Positions 39,764 through 47,770 of a stretch of DNA of 58,225 nt are shown piece by piece (within the stretch, counting starts at the first letter, position 1; each line of letters starts with the position of its first letter). Under the pieces are notes generated by a model, which did not search any database, was not told the origin of the DNA, and worked only from the letters and a program-made list of their open reading frames with translations. A program made the translations under genes and the position numbers. This stretch comes from a virus. Its lineage: Duplodnaviria; Caudoviricetes. The stretch is taken from positions 1 to 58,225 of the IMG/VR virus record IMGVR_UViG_3300025173_000082; one strand, given 5' to 3'.

Positions 39764-40714
39764 TCAATACTCCAATGCGGTTTGCCGCGCCGTATCCAGG
39801 CAGTGCGGCGAGTAGTAGAGACACTCCCTATGGCGGTTGGCTGCGGCGCCCGTGTCGTCCTTCCCTATATTGCCATAGCCCCCGTTCGCCGACCACTGCT
39901 CCACGCGCCACCCGTGCCGCTCAAGTTCGACATGCTCCTCATAGCCCGCCAGCACGATGCGATACCGTGGATTGTCCCCGCGTGAGAGGCACCAGTCCCG
40001 TACCTCGTGGGCGACATCAGTCGAATCATGTGCGTAGATATCAGTATCACGATCCACGCATCCATACGGGGGATCGAAGAACATCCCCACGATCCCACTG
40101 GCGTCTTGCCAGTTCCCCCCGCATACCCTGGGCCAGTCCCCACAGACCACTTGCACACGCCGCAGGCGTTCCGACAACTCGCGGAACCATGTATAGATAC
40201 TAGGCGTATACGGTTCCTGTACGCCCTTGCCGCCGCGGGAGATGTGCGGGATCTGGCCCATCGCGTGTACGCCCTTGCCGCCGCCGGAGATGTGCGGGCG
40301 CTGGCCTGGGCTGGTCATGCCTGACCCAATCCAACACGATGCGGCCCAAATCCAATACCCCGCCAGCGTCGCATCGTAATAGTCAGGGTCTGTGGTGAGT
40401 TTTCCGAGCAGATCGCGTTGCTCACGGCACAGGCGCATTTTTCGCGCGGACAAATCCGCATGATTCACGGGCCAGTCGCAGACCTTCGCCACCGCGTCGG
40501 GATCGGCTTGCAGCGCCCGCCACACGTTGGCAATATGGCCGTCCGCGTCGCAGATCGTCTCGATGTGGTCGCGCGGATCGCCGCCAGGGCGATTGAGCAA
40601 CACCGCCCCCGACCCGAAAAACGGCTCGATGTACCGCTTCGGCTGGCCGAGCGCCCGCCACACGTTGGCGGCCACGGTGCGCTTGCCGCCGAAATACGGA
40701 AACGGGGCCTTCAT
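39764..40714 (-). CDS. DNA adenine methyltransferase (D12/Dam class)
   Basis: PFPYFGGK, YIEPFFGSGAV, FFDPPY. Confidence 0.9.
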   Translation of the reverse strand: MKAPFPYFGGKRTVAANVWRALGQPKRYIEPFFGSGAVLLNRPGGDPRDHIETICDADGHIANVWRALQADPDAVAKVCDWPVNHADLSARKMRLCREQRDLLGKLTTDPDYYDATLAGYWIWAASCWIGSGMTSPGQRPHISGGGKGVHAMGQIPHISRGGKGVQEPYTPSIYTWFRELSERLRRVQVVCGDWPRVCGGNWQDASGIVGMFFDPPYGCVDRDTDIYAHDSTDVAHEVRDWCLSRGDNPRYRIVLAGYEEHVELERHGWRVEQWSANGGYGNIGKDDTGAAANRHRECLYYSPHCLDTARQTALEY

Positions 40715-40757
40715 ACGTGTTTCCACCTACCGTGTATACACCTGCGCAGTGTGCGCG

Positions 40758-40967
40758 TCATGCCCATCCCTTTTGCTGCGCAATCCACTGCGAGCAGACC
40801 AGGGTGCCCGTGTCACCCTCTGCGTGGACCTGGCTGGAAACGTGTATCTGTGATTTCGGCATCCATACAGGCTCCTCGTCGGGGCTGCGTCTGATCTTCA
40901 TCGCCTTCTCGGTCTGCCCAATGCACGTCGCCCCTTTCAGGGTATACAGCGGACTATTCTCATCCAT
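40758..40967 (-). CDS. Small phage protein
   Basis: TEKA...WMPKSQI...WIA.QKG; AGGAGG RBS. Confidence 0.65.
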   Translation of the reverse strand: MDENSPLYTLKGATCIGQTEKAMKIRRSPDEEPVWMPKSQIHVSSQVHAEGDTGTLVCSQWIAQQKGWA

Positions 40968-41051
40968 GTCGTGCCCTCCTTGTTGTGAGGGTTCTGCATC
41001 AGCGCAGCACTCCGCATCGCTCCAGATTGATCTTTGCTGCGGCGCGTCCAG

Positions 41052-41114
41052 TGTCCCGCGCCGCGTGATCGTGTTGTTCCGGAGTCTTCATCACGGCGTC
41101 ATCCTCGTCCGTTG
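41052..41114. repeat. 63-bp exact direct repeat, copy 1
   Basis: Identical to 44268-44330. Confidence 0.92.
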
Positions 41115-41140
41115 TAGCCGGCGAGGCCAATCCCGCATAC

Positions 41141-42190
41141 TCAGCCGTGCTTGTTTTGTTTGTCATACTCAACAATCCTTTGTCCGATCCACTCGACGAT
41201 TTGCGGCACCACGGCGTTCCCCAGCCCCTTCAGCCGGGGCACACGGCGGGGCACGCCCTGCGCGGTGCGCGGCACCCCGCTCTCCCAGTCACCATCGTCC
41301 CAGTGTGACGAGCATGGCAGCGGACCATGGAGGATTAGTCCACCGCCGTCCACTCCGGCGGATAACCCATCAGCGCCTCCACCCACGCCGGATTCAGTTG
41401 GCCGCCTATCACGGTCACCAGATCGTCCCCGCCGCTCCCCGTCCTTGTCCTCCGCGCCACGTCTGGCCCGCCCTGACTGGCCTTCGGCGTGGGCCAGTGC
41501 GCCCCGCCCTTTTTTTGGATCACCGTGGACAGGCTGAGCGAATGCGCCTTCGGGTTGCAGTTGGCGCCCATAGCGTGATGATCTCTCGTGGTCGGCGTCG
41601 GCCAGACGTTCACTGCGTTCGCCAACCCCACCTGCCGCTTGCCCGTGGCCGTCCGACACTTGTTCAGCACATCCTCTCGCGTCATGTTTCGCCCGCCGTT
41701 CGGCACATCTGGCGTGGGCCACAATCCAGACGCGCTTGCGCAGATGCGGCGCGCCAAAGGTGGCAGCGGAAAGCACGCGCCATTCCGCATCGTAGCCGAG
41801 GACGGCCAAGTCTCTAAGTACATCTCCCACTGTTCGAAGAAGCAACCCTGGCACGTTCTCCACGAGCACGTAGGGTGGTCGTAGTACGCGAAGGCACCGA
41901 ACGAATTCAGGCCAGAGCCATCGCGCATCGGCTGTGCCGAGCTGGTGGCCGGCGACACTGACCGGCTGACAGGGGAATCCTCCGCACACGAGGTCAACGG
42001 GTGCGACTCTTGCCCACTCAACGGTGGTGATGTCCCCGTAGCGCGTGACGCGGGGCCAGTGCTTTGCGAGGACTTTTTGACAATACGGCTCATACTCCAC
42101 CTGCCATTCAATCTCCATGCCAGCCCGTTCCAGGCCCAAGTCAAACCCGCCAATGCCGGCAAATAACGACCCGACCGTCAAAATCGCCAA
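41141..42190 (-). CDS. C5 cytosine DNA methyltransferase (alpha frame)
   Basis: SLFAGIGG, GGFPCQ, VENVPG, HLRKRVW, LGNAVVP. Confidence 0.92.
   Translation of the reverse strand: MAILTVGSLFAGIGGFDLGLERAGMEIEWQVEYEPYCQKVLAKHWPRVTRYGDITTVEWARVAPVDLVCGGFPCQPVSVAGHQLGTADARWLWPEFVRCLRVLRPPYVLVENVPGLLLRTVGDVLRDLAVLGYDAEWRVLSAATFGAPHLRKRVWIVAHARCAERRAKHDARGCAEQVSDGHGQAAGGVGERSERLADADHERSSRYGRQLQPEGAFAQPVHGDPKKGRGALAHAEGQSGRARRGAEDKDGERRGRSGDRDRRPTESGVGGGADGLSAGVDGGGLILHGPLPCSSHWDDGDWESGVPRTAQGVPRRVPRLKGLGNAVVPQIVEWIGQRIVEYDKQNKHG
41335..42093 (-). CDS. Overlapping alternative-frame C5-MTase beta-type polypeptide
   Basis: Three WPTP repeats and GQLNPAWVEALMGYPPEWT (motif IX-like); start uncertain. 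Confidence 0.75.
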   Translation of the reverse strand: MSRIVKKSSQSTGPASRATGTSPPLSGQESHPLTSCAEDSPVSRSVSPATSSAQPMRDGSGLNSFGAFAYYDHPTCSWRTCQGCFFEQWEMYLETWPSSATMRNGACFPLPPLARRICASASGLWPTPDVPNGGRNMTREDVLNKCRTATGKRQVGLANAVNVWPTPTTRDHHAMGANCNPKAHSLSLSTVIQKKGGAHWPTPKASQGGPDVARRTRTGSGGDDLVTVIGGQLNPAWVEALMGYPPEWTAVD

Positions 42191-42222
42191 TTATATCTCA
42201 CCATTGCGCTGTCTCCGCCGTG

Positions 42223-42624
42223 TCACAGCGTCCGCACGAATTCCGTTTCGATCCGTACTTGTACGCATGGCTCCGACGGTCGTATCGTGCCCGTGTCGCC
42301 TTCCTCCGCCACGAACAGGCTGTCATCCTTCACGACGCCCGCCCGCTCAAAGACGTGATACAGCGCGTCCCGCAAGCCTGGCAGGTCGCGCCGGCGGCGG
42401 TCTGCGTGATAATATGTGAGGCTGCATTGGCACGGCACGGTGAGCGGGAGCATGTCGCGGTCGGCCTTCGGCAGGCCGTGTAGATACGTGCGTACTTGTC
42501 GCACCGCCTCGTCTCGCCATGTGGCCCACCGCGCCTGCGGATAGTGCCGGCCTGTGCGCGGGTCGACACGCATATTGTTTTTGCCTGATAAACACTGCCC
42601 TTGAAGCCAAAAGGTGAGAATCAT
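42223..42624 (-). CDS. RusA-like Holliday junction resolvase
   Basis: GKNN, RRRDL, AGVVKDDS. Confidence 0.7.
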   Translation of the reverse strand: MILTFWLQGQCLSGKNNMRVDPRTGRHYPQARWATWRDEAVRQVRTYLHGLPKADRDMLPLTVPCQCSLTYYHADRRRRDLPGLRDALYHVFERAGVVKDDSLFVAEEGDTGTIRPSEPCVQVRIETEFVRTL

Positions 42625-42833
42625 GCGTGAGCCGTTTTCGGGGCGGGCGCGATCAAGGTCACACAGATAGTCGTCGCGACCTCATCCACTAGGATGACAG
42701 CATCACACTGTGCGCATTCCAAATCATCCCCTTGTTTGCAGCCCCAATAGTCGTTTGCAGTATTTTTGTCGTAGCCACAGGCCGGACATTCCCAGATCGG
42801 CATCGTGTTTATGGTGGTGTTACGCACTGCCAT
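42621..42833 (-). CDS. Zn-ribbon protein
   Basis: CPAC...CAQC; RBS. Confidence 0.55.
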   Translation of the reverse strand: MAVRNTTINTMPIWECPACGYDKNTANDYWGCKQGDDLECAQCDAVILVDEVATTICVTLIAPAPKTAHA

Positions 42834-42913
42834 GTTCCCCTTGTAATAGTATCCTGCGTAGTTTTAATGGAGCAGGTCGCCTGATCTGCCGCTCTTTTTT
42901 TGCGCGGCGATCG

Positions 42914-43282
42914 TCATCGCCCGCCTGCCGTCTCCCGCGCCGCCTCCGCCGTCGTAAACTCCTGCCAGGCGGCCCGCACCGCCTCCCGCGCCCTATTCGC
43001 CGCCGCCGCCGCGATTGTATGGTACTCGATCATGGCCGACCGTACTGCCCGTATGCGCGCTTCGAGCGGTGCAACTTTGGTCTTGGCCTCGGCCTGGTGC
43101 GCTGTAATCGTAGCGCGTAAACCCCTAATGAGTGGTGCGTAGAGGGATTCGCACCAATCCAGCACAGTTTTTGCCCGTACCAGGTACGCCCCCGCCTCTC
43201 GATGGTCGTCGTCCGACGTGATAGTGCCCGCCCACGGCTCGCGCACCAGCAGCCCCACCCGTTCATCAATAGATTCAATCAT
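42914..43282 (-). CDS. Coiled-coil phage protein
   Basis: AAGGAG RBS; helical. Confidence 0.55.
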   Translation of the reverse strand: MIESIDERVGLLVREPWAGTITSDDDHREAGAYLVRAKTVLDWCESLYAPLIRGLRATITAHQAEAKTKVAPLEARIRAVRSAMIEYHTIAAAAANRAREAVRAAWQEFTTAEAARETAGGR

Positions 43283-43305
43283 TGTGTCTCCTTATGTTGT
43301 CCATC

Positions 43306-44307
43306 TCACGCCCTCCTCGTCAGCTCGTCCTGGCTCCTCGCCTCCGCCGCTACCAGCGCCTCTGCGACCTCCTCTTGGCGACAGGCCTCTTCCCGTGCCC
43401 GCCGCGCCTCCGCCGCCACGCGACACGCCTCCGCCGCCCGCTGCATCTGATCGTGCAGCGCCGCCACCGCCCGGCGACGCGACGCCCGCGCGACGGCATA
43501 GACCAGCCGAGCCGATGCGGCCATAACCCGTGACTCCATATACACCAGACACAATTCCTGCTCATCCCCACGCCGCCCAGCTGACGCCGCGAGATAGGCC
43601 TCCCCCGCCGCGTCACGCGCCGCCACCGCTAGGCGATACGCCGCCTCCGCCTCCGCCGCCTCCGCGTCCGCGCCGCGGTGCCCAGCCGACGCCGCGAGAT
43701 AGGCGTCACGCGCCAGCCGCGCCGCCTTCTCCTCCAGCTGCCCCGCCATCGCCTCCTCCTCTGCTGCCCGTTGTCCGTCCATCTCTGCTGCCCGTTGTCC
43801 GTCCATGGTCACGCCCTCCCGTGCTGGGTGTCCCTCCGCCTCCTCGTGCGCCAGGCGACACGCCTCGCGGACCGCCCCCCGCGCCTCAACCATCGTCTCC
43901 AGGGCCGCGTAATACGCCGGTTCCGCCTCGCGGACCGCCGCCCGCGCCGAGGCATAGACCTGCCACGCCTCCGCCTCCCGCGCCTCCGCCCGCAACGCCG
44001 CCTCCTCCGCCTCCCGCGCCTCCCGCTCCATATCTGCCTGCGCCATATGAGCCACGATGGCTGTGGCTTTGCGGCGGCGATACGCCTCCGTGGCCTCCAA
44101 CGCCGCCAGCCGCGCCACCCGCGCCTCCTCTTCCGCCGCGTCCGCCACCTCCCACGCCGTCCACGTGGCCCACCACTCCGTATCCTTCCGCACCATGTCC
44201 TTCGTTATTGTCGTGCCATTCTTAAGACGTTGGACTTTTCGCCACACCATCAACACCCGCTGCTCTTTGTCCCGCGCCGCGTGATCGTGTTGTTCCGGAG
44301 TCTTCAT
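43306..44307 (-). CDS. Ala/Glu/Arg-rich repetitive coiled-coil protein
   Basis: Starts within the 63-bp repeat; tandem 24-bp repeat 43759-43806; AYLAASAG twice. Confidence 0.5.
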   Translation of the reverse strand: MKTPEQHDHAARDKEQRVLMVWRKVQRLKNGTTITKDMVRKDTEWWATWTAWEVADAAEEEARVARLAALEATEAYRRRKATAIVAHMAQADMEREAREAEEAALRAEAREAEAWQVYASARAAVREAEPAYYAALETMVEARGAVREACRLAHEEAEGHPAREGVTMDGQRAAEMDGQRAAEEEAMAGQLEEKAARLARDAYLAASAGHRGADAEAAEAEAAYRLAVAARDAAGEAYLAASAGRRGDEQELCLVYMESRVMAASARLVYAVARASRRRAVAALHDQMQRAAEACRVAAEARRAREEACRQEEVAEALVAAEARSQDELTRRA

Positions 44308-44330
44308 CACGGCGTCATCCTCGTCCGTTG
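44268..44330. repeat. 63-bp exact direct repeat, copy 2
   Basis: Identical to 41052-41114. Confidence 0.92.
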
Positions 44331-44537
44331 GAGTTGGTGAGACAGACGATCCATCGCCTGCACCGCTTTCTGCATCGTGGCCGTCCGTTCCACCGCCTCG
44401 CGCTCGTGACGCCGCCGGTTCAGATAGGCCCGCGCCGCGTCCTGCAACCATCCGCTCCGACTGAGATGATCCTGCGTGGCGGCCGTATCTATTTGCTCAA
44501 GCAAGTCGTCCGGGACAATGATGTTGGCGCGCGCCAT
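44307..44537 (-). CDS. RHH protein
   Basis: RANIIVPDDLLEQID.AA....SRSGWLQDAARAYL. Confidence 0.75.
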   Translation of the reverse strand: MARANIIVPDDLLEQIDTAATQDHLSRSGWLQDAARAYLNRRRHEREAVERTATMQKAVQAMDRLSHQLQRTRMTP

Positions 44538-44790
44538 TAGTGTTCTCCTCGTTCATGATCGTCCACTAATTCCACCCCATCGATCATCAATGTTGTCATC
44601 ACGTCCCTCCTCTCGTGCATGCTCCCATTGCGCCACGCTTGCGTTATCACGACAGCCTCGGCATGGCTTCGCATGTTGGTGCTCCCACAGAGCTTTATCT
44701 GCCACGTTCCACTGATCCCACACTTCCTCACTTCTAGTTCTTTCGCTCATCACGTAATACGCCCGTAAGACGGCTTCTCTGATTGCACGT

Positions 44791-45039
44791 TCATTTCGCT
44801 CGACATAGCCAAATCTCCGTGATCGCATGTTCCATGTCCGCCACAGCGGCCTCGCGATAGGGATACATCGTACTCGTGTACGCGCACTCCACTTTGTAGC
44901 CGACGTCTAACTGCCTAATTGTATACACGTAGTGAATGGGCACCTTGCCTTCTGAGTGGAGCACCCAGGCCGCCATTGAGAGGCCCACCACGAGCAGCGT
45001 CGCCAGCATTACCGCTGCCTTCCCCCAGCACGTCAACAT
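44791..45039 (-). CDS. Small membrane protein
   Basis: N-terminal hydrophobic helix. Confidence 0.45.
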   Translation of the reverse strand: MLTCWGKAAVMLATLLVVGLSMAAWVLHSEGKVPIHYVYTIRQLDVGYKVECAYTSTMYPYREAAVADMEHAITEIWLCRAK

Positions 45040-45260
45040 GGCGCATCCTTCGACTTGTCACCGAGCGGGGACGGCGCGTTTATCAGGTTCACAATCCGCT
45101 CACGATCCTCCTGTTCAATCCCGTGGTAAAATGTCGCGAGCAGATCATTGTGCCGGTCCAGGAGCAACTCACCGTGTAGGCAGACTGGTAGTATATCATC
45201 GTAGGGATCATTCTGCGGATCGTAATATGTATCCGTGTTATTCTCGTTACTCATTTTCAT
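45033..45260 (-). CDS. Small acidic hypothetical protein
   Basis: GAAGGAG RBS. Confidence 0.45.
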   Translation of the reverse strand: MKMSNENNTDTYYDPQNDPYDDILPVCLHGELLLDRHNDLLATFYHGIEQEDRERIVNLINAPSPLGDKSKDAPC

Positions 45261-45387
45261 CTGTTCTCCTTCTGTTCGGGATCGCCCATCCAATGCCACG
45301 CAGCACTTCCTCCGCGACCACCGTGCTCGCACGGTTGCCTGGGATCGTGTCGCTGACCCGCCAGCACCCGTCCCCCCATCACTCTGC

Positions 45388-46113
45388 CTAGGCCACGACC
45401 GGCACAATACACAGCGATTGTTGTGCTTTCAGCCATCCCTTAATCGCTAGCATCGCCGCCAGCTTCCATCGCCCTCCATCCGCCTCGAAGAGCGCACATT
45501 GCGGCGTCTCCCCTGCTTTCGATTTCAATCGGAACACAAAATCCGATGCAGGCTGTTCTATCTCGCGGAAAGTCCTGTATGGAGATAACCGTACACGAGG
45601 CTTGACCTGTACCTCGGATTTTAAGGCCACCCCCTTGCGAATGGTCGCGCGCTGTGTCATCCCATCATCCTCGCTGATCTGCACCACTTCCGATGTAAGA
45701 TTTGACGCAACCATGAGCACCGTGTCGCGGTCCGGCGTCGGCGCGAACACCGACTGGAGGCCGATCACGAACTCATCCGGGTCCATCCAGCGACCAAATG
45801 GAAAGCCCGCCCCGACATCCTGCATGGTCACATCAATGATGGTCTTCCGCTGCCCCCATACATCCGATACGCGATCCTCCACGGTCACATGCCACGGCGT
45901 GTGGACGCAGATGATTGAGTTCGCCGAAAACTCGGTGCCATCGAATTTGGCGTCGATCAGGTCCACGAGGCCCGCCAAGGTGTGGACGCCAATCGCCGCC
46001 ATCTGCGGGGGTTTGCACGGATAGACGGGCCTCGTGGTGTAGGTCTGCCCGTCCACATCAATCGTGGTGGCGTGGGACAGGTCGAGCAGTTTTTCAATCG
46101 CTTCTTTTAACAT
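45388..46113 (-). CDS. Phage hypothetical protein
   Basis: L.PYRTFREIEQPAS.FVFR, ALFEADGG.WK motifs that I recognise from prophage early regions. Confidence 0.75.
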   Translation of the reverse strand: MLKEAIEKLLDLSHATTIDVDGQTYTTRPVYPCKPPQMAAIGVHTLAGLVDLIDAKFDGTEFSANSIICVHTPWHVTVEDRVSDVWGQRKTIIDVTMQDVGAGFPFGRWMDPDEFVIGLQSVFAPTPDRDTVLMVASNLTSEVVQISEDDGMTQRATIRKGVALKSEVQVKPRVRLSPYRTFREIEQPASDFVFRLKSKAGETPQCALFEADGGRWKLAAMLAIKGWLKAQQSLCIVPVVA

Positions 46114-46481
46114 GATGCCTGGTCTCCTTTCGTGATTTGTACGACTTTTTTATCAGCGGCGGACGCCGGCGGCGGGAAGATGGGCAGTTGCCGCGTATCC
46201 CGATTGTAGGCTCGCATCCGCCCGGCGTCCCGTGCCACATAGATGCTTGTCCTTACTGATGCCACGGGCACCAGACTCGTTTTGCACGACATCTCTACTT
46301 CCGCCCCGCTCCGATCCGCGAATGGCCGGAACTCGAACGTCAGCGTGATCCGCCGTTTCTTTTCCGCGTCCGTGTTCGGGTCGGTCATGTTCTTGAGCAG
46401 TTCCGCCAACTCATGCGAGAACACTTCGTCCGTCGCGCCGCCACAGATCGTGGCAAGGCTCAATTCATTGTGGTTGTCCAT
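46107..46481 (-). CDS. Phage hypothetical protein (partner of the previous gene)
   Basis: GGA..E.F..EL....N..DPNT...KKRRITL. Confidence 0.75.
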   Translation of the reverse strand: MDNHNELSLATICGGATDEVFSHELAELLKNMTDPNTDAEKKRRITLTFEFRPFADRSGAEVEMSCKTSLVPVASVRTSIYVARDAGRMRAYNRDTRQLPIFPPPASAADKKVVQITKGDQASC

Positions 46482-46610
46482 CGTCCCCTCCCTTCATCCT
46501 CACAATCCTCACACTCTATCATCAATTAAAGGTTGCTAATTTTATCGCATGTCCTCCGGCATGTCTCGGACGGCGGCACCTTCGCACTGTCCACCACGGC
46601 ATCCGACGTG

Positions 46611-47210
46611 TCATTCCCATGACGCGACACGGAACTTTCCGAACACCCCGCGAAACGTCCCGATGCCGATGGCGATACCACCACCATCAAACAGATTGAT
46701 GACCTGTTGTTCGTTGACTTCCTTGTTCGGATACAAGGTCAACTGGAACGTCAATGCCCACGGCAAGGGCAGCACCGGACGTACCTTCGGGTTCGGAATA
46801 CCCTTATCGAGTCGAGCCACGTTGCGATGCACATACACGCCGCTCTGTGCGTCCACGTCCTTCTCAAATCGTCCGAACGTGATCGCCTTCCCCTGACGCA
46901 GGAATGGAATCATCGTAGGGCTGGCTGTCACGAATGAGAGACAGGCGTTCGCCACATCCTTAAACTTCCGCTTATCCAATAGACGTTTCGGCGCAGAATT
47001 GGTGTTGTGGGCCGATAAGAAGCTGAGGAGGTTCATGGCTGGAAAGACGAGGGTGGCTCCGTCCGGCGCGAAATAGAGCTTCTGCCACGGCTCTAGTTGC
47101 GTCGCGTTGTCCCCCGCATAGCGGTCGAACATGATTTCCGTCAAGCCCTCCAGGGTAACTTGCCGTGTGACGATTTCGATTCGGCTGTTGTCTGTTTTGA
47201 CCCTTGCCAT
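46611..47210 (-). CDS. Stand-alone RAMP/Cas7-like RNA-binding protein
   Basis: N-terminal strand VTLEGLTEIMFD; LVFPAMNLLSFL; RP...W...F.L; C-terminal Gly-rich loop GGIAIGIGTFRGVFGKFRV; GGAGG RBS. Confidence 0.7.
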   Translation of the reverse strand: MARVKTDNSRIEIVTRQVTLEGLTEIMFDRYAGDNATQLEPWQKLYFAPDGATLVFPAMNLLSFLSAHNTNSAPKRLLDKRKFKDVANACLSFVTASPTMIPFLRQGKAITFGRFEKDVDAQSGVYVHRNVARLDKGIPNPKVRPVLPLPWALTFQLTLYPNKEVNEQQVINLFDGGGIAIGIGTFRGVFGKFRVASWE

Positions 47211-47242
47211 ACATTGTATCCTCCATGTGATTCATAAAATGG

Positions 47243-47379
47243 TTGCCTTGCCGCGCCTTGCCCAGCCTTGCCCAGCCTTGCCCAGCCTTGCCCAGCCTTG
47301 CCCAGCCGCGACCTGCCCCGCCTCGCCCCGCCCTGCCCTGCCGGGCCTTGCCCAGCCATGCCGCGCCATGCCTTGCCAT
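47243..47379 (-). ncRNA. GGC-NN pentamer array (27 units), candidate guide RNA
   Basis: Strict 5-nt period: 26 GGC and 1 GTC constant triplets separated by variable dinucleotides; intergenic, just upstream of the RAMP-like gene. Confidence 0.7.
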
Positions 47380-47382
47380 GCG

Positions 47383-47754
47383 CTAGTGCTGGCTCGTATC
47401 CGTCGCGTGTTCATATTGCGCCGCGTTCGGCGCGAGCACGGCGCTTTCGCGCACCGGGTCTATGTCCGCCACTTTCACGCGATCTCGATGCGCCGCCTGA
47501 TACCGCTGTATACGCTCGATCAACAGGTCCAGACCGTGTAACTGTGCATCGTCCGCGCCAAGCTGTACGCATTTCTGCCGATAGAACTCCAGCGTATCCG
47601 GCAGCGCCTTGTCCTTGGCGAGAAAGAGCACGGCGTCCCTCTCATCATGTCGCCTGCCACTCCCCTGTGAATACGCCGCGATCGTGTACTTGCGATCAAT
47701 CCGTTCGGCGATGCCGTCATTGCCCCCACTCATCTCCACTTGTTCGAGGCCCAT
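47383..47754 (-). CDS. Hypothetical protein
   Basis: AVLFLAKDKALP..LEFY motif; RBS. Confidence 0.65.
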   Translation of the reverse strand: MGLEQVEMSGGNDGIAERIDRKYTIAAYSQGSGRRHDERDAVLFLAKDKALPDTLEFYRQKCVQLGADDAQLHGLDLLIERIQRYQAAHRDRVKVADIDPVRESAVLAPNAAQYEHATDTSQH

Positions 47755-47770
47755 CTTCGTACCTTTCTCC

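Noticed and set aside
47243-47379. CRISPR array, or coding ORFs 46972-47379, 47141-47359 and 47232-47414
   Set aside because: No 25-45-nt repeats with spacers. The ORFs are G/R/A-rich translations of a stop-free pentamer tract that is open in all frames.
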